DNA of 11,700 nt from a virus (lineage: Duplodnaviria; Heunggongvirae; Uroviricota; Caudoviricetes): IMG/VR virus record IMGVR_UViG_2657244940_000002, positions 1 through 11,700 of that record. One strand, given 5' to 3'. Under the pieces are notes generated by a model. That model saw nothing but the letters and a program-made list of their open reading frames with translations, did not search any database and was not told the DNA's origin. A program made the position numbers and the translations under genes. This document shows positions 6,999 through 11,700 of this stretch, piece after piece (position 1 is the stretch's first letter; the number at the start of each line of letters is the position of its first letter).

Positions 6999-7081
6999 AG
7001 TTAGCTAATGCTAAATCTTATTGACTATGTTTTTGTTAACATCTATTTTGTTAGTTATGGCTAACAATTAAGGTGCTTTAA
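6999..7081. promoter_or_regulatory. Divergent dicA/dicC promoter-operator region
   Basis: Two 14-bp palindromic operators, TTAGCTAATGCTAA (7001-7014) and TTAGTTATGGCTAA (7051-7064), match the TTAG-N6-CTAA pattern seen upstream of ydfA. A plus-strand promoter candidate is TTGACT (7021-7026), 17 bp, TATTTT (7044-7049), with AAGGTG before the dicC ATG. Confidence 0.6.
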
Positions 7082-7312
7082 ATGCTTAAAACTGACGCAC
7101 TTTTGTATTTCGGTTCAAAAACAAAACTTGCACAAGCTGCTGGTATTCGTTTGGCTTCGCTTTATAGCTGGAAAGGGGAGCTAGTACCTGAAGGTCGCGC
7201 GATGCGCCTGCAAGAGGCATCCGGCGGGGAACTTCAGTACGACCCCAAAGTTTATGACGAATATCGTAAGGCAAAGCGGGCGGGGCGGTTGAACAATGAA
7301 AATCACCCCTGA
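7082..7312 (+). CDS. dicC: Cro-like regulator DicC
   Basis: 76-aa ORF (MLKTDALLYFGSKTKLAQAAGIRLASLYSW…) divergent from dicA. It matches my recollection of K-12 DicC in size and sequence. Confidence 0.8.
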   Translation: MLKTDALLYFGSKTKLAQAAGIRLASLYSWKGELVPEGRAMRLQEASGGELQYDPKVYDEYRKAKRAGRLNNENHP

Positions 7313-7817
7313 ACAGGTTTGTGAGGCTCTGGATGCCTGGGTGTGCCGACCAGGAATGACACAGGAGCAGGCGACGATATTAATCACGGAAGCATTCTGG
7401 GCTCTGAAAGAACGCCCGAACATCGATGTTCAACGCGTCACGTTTAATGATGGCGAGGTTGATCAACGGGCGCTGGGCGTTAACCGGGTGAAGATATTCG
7501 AACGCTGGAAAGCTATCGACACCAGGGATAAGCGGAAAAAATTCACGGCGCTGATTCCGGCAATTATGGAGGCTATCCGGATTAATGATTTCAGGTTGTA
7601 TCGTGAAATTAGTGACGGAAAAAGCATCACGTACATGATCGCCGGGTTAAACAAAGAATATGGCGATGTGGTGGAGTCCGGGCTGCTTTTTGCAGATCCA
7701 GCTGTAGTGGATCGTGAAACTGACGAACTTATAGAAAAAGCCATTGCTTTCAAACTTGCGTATCGACAGCAATACCAACAAAAAGCTGGATGGAATTATG
7801 AGTCTTCTTTTTGCTGA
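7296..7817 (+). CDS. YdaT-like protein (CII-like regulatory domain family)
   Basis: 173-aa ORF whose start overlaps the dicC end by 17 nt. The central segment …KRKKFTALIPAIMEAIRINDFR… resembles the K-12 Rac YdaT motif (…KIQKLIPAILAILPRELR…), and YdaT sits in the same position after the cro-like gene in Rac. Family call is by resemblance only. Confidence 0.6.
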   Translation: MKITPEQVCEALDAWVCRPGMTQEQATILITEAFWALKERPNIDVQRVTFNDGEVDQRALGVNRVKIFERWKAIDTRDKRKKFTALIPAIMEAIRINDFRLYREISDGKSITYMIAGLNKEYGDVVESGLLFADPAVVDRETDELIEKAIAFKLAYRQQYQQKAGWNYESSFC

Positions 7818-8763
7818 ACGCCCACTGGTTATAAACACGCAGCTGGCAATGAAAATTGGCTTAAACGAAGCCATTGTTTTGCAACAACTGCACTACTGGT
7901 TGAGAGATACCAACTCCGGCATGGAATGTGATGGTGTTCGCTGGATTTATAACACAACGGAACAATGGCTGGAACAGTTCCCGTTCTGGTCAGAGTCAAC
8001 GTTAAAGCGCGCGTTTGCAAGTCTGAAAACGCTGGGGCTTATGCGTTGTGAAAAGCTCAATAAATCAAAGCGCGATATGACCAATTTCTACACGATCAAC
8101 TACGGGAGCGAGCTTTTAGATGGTGGCAAAGTGAGCGAATCCATCGGTTCAAAATGCGCCGCTCCATCAGGTCAAAATGACACGATGGAAGAGGTCAAAA
8201 TGAAACGCTCCATTGGTTCAAAACGGCTCAATGTCATCGGGTCAAAATGGCCTGATGATCTTACAGAGAATACAACAGAGATTACTACAGAGAATAAAAA
8301 CACTTCTCGTCCGGAAGCTTCGCAACCGGACCCGCAGACGGTTGAACAGGATTTTTTAACCCGACACCCTGACGCGGTTGTGTTCAGTGCAAAAAAACGC
8401 CAGTGGGGCAACCAGGAAGATTTGGCGTGTGCGCAGTGGATCTGGGGACGAATCGTGAGTCTTTACGAGCAGGCCGCCAGCGATGATGGCGAGATTTCGC
8501 GACCGAAAGAACCCAACTGGACCGCATGGGCCAACGACGTGCGCACAATGCGGATGCTGGATGGCAGAACTCACAGACAAATTTGTGAAATGTTTGGTCG
8601 GGCGCAGCGGGATCCATTCTGGGTAAAAAATATCATGAGTCCGTCAAAGCTTCGCGGAAAATGGGATGAACTGGTTATCCGCCTGGGGCGTTCGTCTGTA
8701 CAGCGTTGTGTGAATCATATTTCTGAGCCGGATACCGAAATTCCGCCGGGGTTCAGGGGGTAA
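7798..8763 (+). CDS. Phage replication initiator (O-like replisome organizer) containing the origin iterons
   Basis: The likely start is the ATG at 7798 (MSLLFAERPLVINTQLAMKIGLNEAIVLQQLHYWL…); the track ORF begins at a TTG at 7744. The N-terminal region looks like the winged-helix replisome-organizer type. The gene contains a direct-repeat iteron array and is followed by a DnaC-like loader. Confidence 0.75.
   Translation: MSLLFAERPLVINTQLAMKIGLNEAIVLQQLHYWLRDTNSGMECDGVRWIYNTTEQWLEQFPFWSESTLKRAFASLKTLGLMRCEKLNKSKRDMTNFYTINYGSELLDGGKVSESIGSKCAAPSGQNDTMEEVKMKRSIGSKRLNVIGSKWPDDLTENTTEITTENKNTSRPEASQPDPQTVEQDFLTRHPDAVVFSAKKRQWGNQEDLACAQWIWGRIVSLYEQAASDDGEISRPKEPNWTAWANDVRTMRMLDGRTHRQICEMFGRAQRDPFWVKNIMSPSKLRGKWDELVIRLGRSSVQRCVNHISEPDTEIPPGFRG
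8146..8250. repeat. Iteron array (putative origin of replication) inside the initiator gene
   Basis: Five direct repeats of GGT(T)CAAAA(T/C)G starting at 8146, 8170, 8193, 8215 and 8240 (spacing 22-25 bp, about two helical turns). They are followed by ACAGAGA(A/T)T repeats in 8263-8300. In the protein they appear as the repeated (S)IGSK motif. Confidence 0.6.
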
Positions 8764-8768
8764 CGGCC

Positions 8769-9515
8769 ATGAAAAATATCGCGGCAGGTGGTGTTCTTGA
8801 GCGTATCCGTAAGCTGACCCCGCAGCATGTAATCGCGCCGTACCGGACAGTGGATGAGTGGCGCGAGTGGCAACTGGCTGAAGGGCGAAAACGTAGCGAG
8901 GAGATCAACCGCCAGAATCGCCAGTTGCGGGTGGAAAAAATCCTGAATCGTTCGGGCATCCAGCCTCTGCACAGCAAATGCTCGTTTGCGAATTATCAGG
9001 TGCAGAACGACGGGCAAAAACATGCGCTGAGCCAGGCAAAATCCATCGCTGACGAACTGATGACCGGGTGCACGAATTTTGTGTTCAGCGGTAAGCCGGG
9101 TACCGGAAAGAACCACCTTGCAGCCGCCATTGGCAATCATCTTCTGGCGAAAGGTCGCAGCGTGATTGTGATAACGGTGGCTGATGTGATGCTGGCGTTA
9201 CACAACAGCTACGACAACAAAAACTCAGGCGAAAAATTTTTACAGGGGTTGTGTGATGTTGACCTGCTTGTCCTGGATGAAATCGGAATGCAGCGGGATA
9301 CGCGCAACGAGCAGGTCACACTGAACCAGATAGTCGACCGCAGAACGGCTTCGATGCGTAGTGTCGGAATGCTGACGAACCTGAACCACGTAGCGATGAG
9401 TACGCTTCTTGGCGAGCGTGTGATGGACCGCATGGTCATGAACGGTGGTCGCTGGGTGAATTTTAACTGGGAGAGCTGGCGTTCGAATGTCAGACACCTG
9501 AGGGTTGTGAAGTAA
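8769..9515 (+). CDS. DnaC-like helicase loader (IstB-like AAA+ ATPase)
   Basis: 248-aa ORF with Walker A (GKPGTGKNHLAAAIG) and Walker B (DLLVLDEIG). It starts 6 nt after the initiator stop. Confidence 0.85.
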   Translation: MKNIAAGGVLERIRKLTPQHVIAPYRTVDEWREWQLAEGRKRSEEINRQNRQLRVEKILNRSGIQPLHSKCSFANYQVQNDGQKHALSQAKSIADELMTGCTNFVFSGKPGTGKNHLAAAIGNHLLAKGRSVIVITVADVMLALHNSYDNKNSGEKFLQGLCDVDLLVLDEIGMQRDTRNEQVTLNQIVDRRTASMRSVGMLTNLNHVAMSTLLGERVMDRMVMNGGRWVNFNWESWRSNVRHLRVVK

Positions 9516-9529
9516 TTTCAGGAGGACTT

Positions 9530-9946
9530 ATGGTAAAAGTTTTTACTCCCGAACAACGGGAAGAAGTAAAGGCGCGTATTGTGGAACTGGTACGCAGAGA
9601 TGGTAGGAAAACGCGTAAACAACTGGAAAATGAAACAGGGGCGACGAGACATCTGATTGAAGTTCTGGCGAAAGAACTGGTAGACAGTGGTGTTGTATAT
9701 GGTTCAGGGCATGGAATATTCCCTTCTGAGCAGGTACGTAAAGACTGGATAAAAGCCCATAAAGAGATGTCTAAAGGTGCAGCGAAAAAGAAGAGCGACC
9801 CTGGCCTGATTTATTCATTACCAGATGGAGAGATACGCCACTACGACAGGCGTCAGAACATAATCTGTCTCGAGTGCCGGAAAAGCAAGGTTATGCAGCG
9901 TGTGCTGGCGTTTTATCAGGGTAATTTTCAGGAGGTGATGGCGTGA
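9530..9946 (+). CDS. Hypothetical early-region protein (138 aa)
   Basis: Strong AGGAGG Shine-Dalgarno before the ATG. Basic N-terminus. Its stop overlaps the next start (ATGA-type overlap at 9943-9946). No family recognised. Confidence 0.65.
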   Translation: MVKVFTPEQREEVKARIVELVRRDGRKTRKQLENETGATRHLIEVLAKELVDSGVVYGSGHGIFPSEQVRKDWIKAHKEMSKGAAKKKSDPGLIYSLPDGEIRHYDRRQNIICLECRKSKVMQRVLAFYQGNFQEVMA

Positions 9947-10248
9947 GGGTGAGGGTTTATATCGCCGGTCCAATGACGGGGTATGAAAATTTCAACCGTG
10001 AGGCGTTTCACAAGGCAGAAGAGGAACTGAAACGGGAAGGGCATACCGTTTTAAATCCGGCTGTGCTTCCGGATGGGCTGACACAGCCGCATTACATGGA
10101 TATTTGCATGGCAATGATTCGTTGTGTGGATGCGATTTACATGCTGAAAGGCTGGCAGCGGTCAGCAGGCGCTAAGGCAGAACTGGCGCTGGCGGAGAAA
10201 CTGGGGCATGCGGTGATTTTTCAGGAGACAGCCAGTGTGCAAGACTAA
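9943..10248 (+). CDS. DUF4406-like protein (nucleoside 2-deoxyribosyltransferase-like fold)
   Basis: 101-aa ORF beginning MRVRVYIAGPMTGYENFN…, the N-terminal YIAGPMTG-type motif of DUF4406 / deoxyribosyltransferase-like small phage proteins. Assigned from motif memory only. Confidence 0.6.
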   Translation: MRVRVYIAGPMTGYENFNREAFHKAEEELKREGHTVLNPAVLPDGLTQPHYMDICMAMIRCVDAIYMLKGWQRSAGAKAELALAEKLGHAVIFQETASVQD

Positions 10249-10690
10249 TTACCAGGCATTACGTGAACGTTATTCACCAATTCAGGTGCCGGAATGTTCT
10301 GTTTGTGGCGATGAAATGTCGATACAGCGCATATTTTCCAGAGCGCATATTGTGTATGCCTGCACAGGTGAGGGGGATGATGGATATTTTAAAACTGGTC
10401 GAACTTTTGCGGATGAACATTACCTGAAATCGCGCGTAACCGTCGTTGATGTTAGCGATCCTGACGTACTGGCTTTACTGAAAGAGCTGGAAGTTAAAGA
10501 CAAACGCATTGCAGAATTGACAGACGCGCTTACACAAATGATTAATGCGCACAAAACCACAATTCGTTTTGGTCATGAACGCATAACTGAATGTGGTGGT
10601 GATTGCGACTCGCCGGAAAAGATGATTTCAGAAAATCCGGATATCAGAATGGCAGAGGCTGTTTTGAGAGCAGGAATAAAAACTGAATAA
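10235..10690 (+). CDS. Hypothetical protein with Cys clusters (possible zinc-binding), GTG start
   Basis: 151-aa ORF starting at a GTG with AGGAGA 6 nt upstream. It overlaps the previous gene by 14 nt. Contains CxxC (ECSVCGDE) and CGGDC cysteine clusters and a central coiled-coil-like segment. Confidence 0.6.
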   Translation: MCKTNYQALRERYSPIQVPECSVCGDEMSIQRIFSRAHIVYACTGEGDDGYFKTGRTFADEHYLKSRVTVVDVSDPDVLALLKELEVKDKRIAELTDALTQMINAHKTTIRFGHERITECGGDCDSPEKMISENPDIRMAEAVLRAGIKTE

Positions 10691-10780
10691 TTAAATTTAG
10701 CACAGCAAATAAAATTTAATCCTTAACCGGAGGGATTTCTGCACCCTCAGAACATCAGGAGGCCGCCTGAAAGGGCGGTA

Positions 10781-11203
10781 ATGAAAATGACTGAATTAAC
10801 AAAAGAACAATTAATCGAAGAAGCCAAATTAAAAATAGCGATTACGAAATGCCACCCCAATTCAGGGATGGCGCGAGTAGAGGGCGAGTTATTCAAAATT
10901 GCACTGGCATCGCTGGAAGCAGAGCCGATAGCGTGGCGATATCGCTACGTGAAAAAAGGTGTTATGGACTCTCAGGGGGAGTTGTGGGTTGGTGACTGGA
11001 AATATGTACCGAAAAAAGAGGATTGTAACGACAGGCCGAACTATGAAATTCAGGCCTTATTCACTGCCCCACCAGTCCCGGTTACATCAGAAGAACTGGT
11101 TAAAGCTGTGCACTTTTATGAACAACTAAAACGCGAAAATCCACCAGCATCCGGCAACCAGATTAATGGGTTAACTATGCCGGTTAAACGACCAGCCGAC
11201 TGA
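10781..11203 (+). CDS. Hypothetical phage protein (140 aa)
   Basis: ORF with good coding appearance, preceded by a 90-bp intergenic region containing short hairpins. No family recognised. Confidence 0.6.
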   Translation: MKMTELTKEQLIEEAKLKIAITKCHPNSGMARVEGELFKIALASLEAEPIAWRYRYVKKGVMDSQGELWVGDWKYVPKKEDCNDRPNYEIQALFTAPPVPVTSEELVKAVHFYEQLKRENPPASGNQINGLTMPVKRPAD

Positions 11204-11414
11204 AAAACGGAAACCTGATTACAGATTCCCAGATAAGGCAATGAGCTACCTGGCGTAGAGTGGGCTGATAAGTATGGGGAATGTTTTACGATGAATACTT
11301 AGACTAAAGAGTTTGTAACGCTATGTAAGTGATTTTTTCTGGTTTAGATATTTATATGTCCGGCCAAATTGAGGTGTGTTTAAATGTAATTGCACATTGA
11401 TTGTAGGGGGAATA

Positions 11415-11546
11415 ATGAAAAACGCATTGCAGTTTTTGTTTGTTGCGTTCTGGTTGTTCGCATCATGTATGCCCATCATCTTCACAGCAAGGTATATGGA
11501 AAAAATTGATGTTTTGATATTCTGTCAGGATGTGCGCCGGTGGTAA
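11415..11546 (+). CDS. Possible small hydrophobic peptide (43 aa)
   Basis: Manual ORF MKNALQFLFVAFWLFASCMPIIFTARYMEKIDVLIFCQDVRRW with AGGGGG 4 nt upstream of the ATG and a hydrophobic N-terminus. It overlaps the 3' end of the convergent partial ORF, so it is uncertain. Confidence 0.25.
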   Translation: MKNALQFLFVAFWLFASCMPIIFTARYMEKIDVLIFCQDVRRW

Positions 11547-11700
11547 TCGACTGAATAATCTCCCCCGTCGCCACGTTAATGACCGATAACGCATTCGCTT
11601 CAAATGAAGTCGCATAAATCAACTTTTCATCCAGGCTTAATGCCAGCGATCTGACGCCCTGATCTTTACAGCCACCACAATGTTTGACTGACTTTTCTTT
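11482..11700 (-). CDS. Partial CDS (C-terminal 72 aa; 5' end beyond the window), beta-propeller-repeat-like
   Basis: Minus-strand frame is open from the window edge to the TGA at 11482-11484: …GVRSLALSLDEKLIYATSFEANALSVINVATGEIIQSITTGAHPDRISKHQFFPYTLL*. The SVINVATGEII pattern resembles YVTN-type beta-propeller repeats. It may be a host or cargo gene at or beyond the prophage edge. Confidence 0.4.
   Translation of the reverse strand, partial: KEKSVKHCGGCKDQGVRSLALSLDEKLIYATSFEANALSVINVATGEIIQSITTGAHPDRISKHQFFPYTLL

Noticed and set aside
8146-8250. Possibility that the spaced direct repeats are a CRISPR array
   Set aside because: Repeats are only about 11 bp with about 12-bp spacers, imperfect, and lie inside a coding sequence next to a helicase loader. 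This is a replication-origin iteron pattern, not CRISPR.
7086-9497. Minus-strand ORFs (62-141 aa) opposite dicC, the YdaT-like gene, the initiator and the DnaC-like gene
   Set aside because: They are antisense to well-supported plus-strand genes, and none has an RBS or a family resemblance.

Overview
This window reads as the left (early) arm of a lambdoid prophage of the Qin/Rac type from an E. coli-like enterobacterium. The calls rest on my reading of the translated ORFs and the DNA; no database search was run, and names such as dicA/dicB/dicF/ydfA-D are recalled from E. coli K-12. Minus strand, left to right: tyrosine integrase (85-1380), Xis-like ORF (1400-1651), an 826-aa exonuclease with a C-terminal DEDDh 3'-5' exonuclease domain (1721-4201), a YdfD-like small membrane protein (4282-4485), DicB (4482-4670), a DicF-like sRNA (about 4854-4916), a GC-rich structured noncoding stretch (about 4925-5236), an AT-rich 135-aa ORF of unknown function (5461-5868), YdfC/YdfB/YdfA-like small ORFs (5891-6424), and the DicA repressor (6591-6998). 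Plus strand after a divergent operator/promoter region (6999-7081): Cro-like DicC (7082-7312), a YdaT-like protein (7296-7817), a replication initiator with internal iterons (7798-8763), a DnaC-like helicase loader (8769-9515) and four small early-region ORFs (9530-11203). The best candidate for something undescribed is the AT-rich 135-aa cargo gene, plus the structured noncoding stretch beside it, sitting inside the dicB operon between ydfC and the DicF-like sRNA. Its function cannot be assigned from sequence. Also notable are the exonuclease (no adjacent annealing protein), the divergent DicF-like sRNA, the iteron origin, and a possible prophage boundary near 11.2-11.5 kb. No rRNA, tRNA or CRISPR array was seen.
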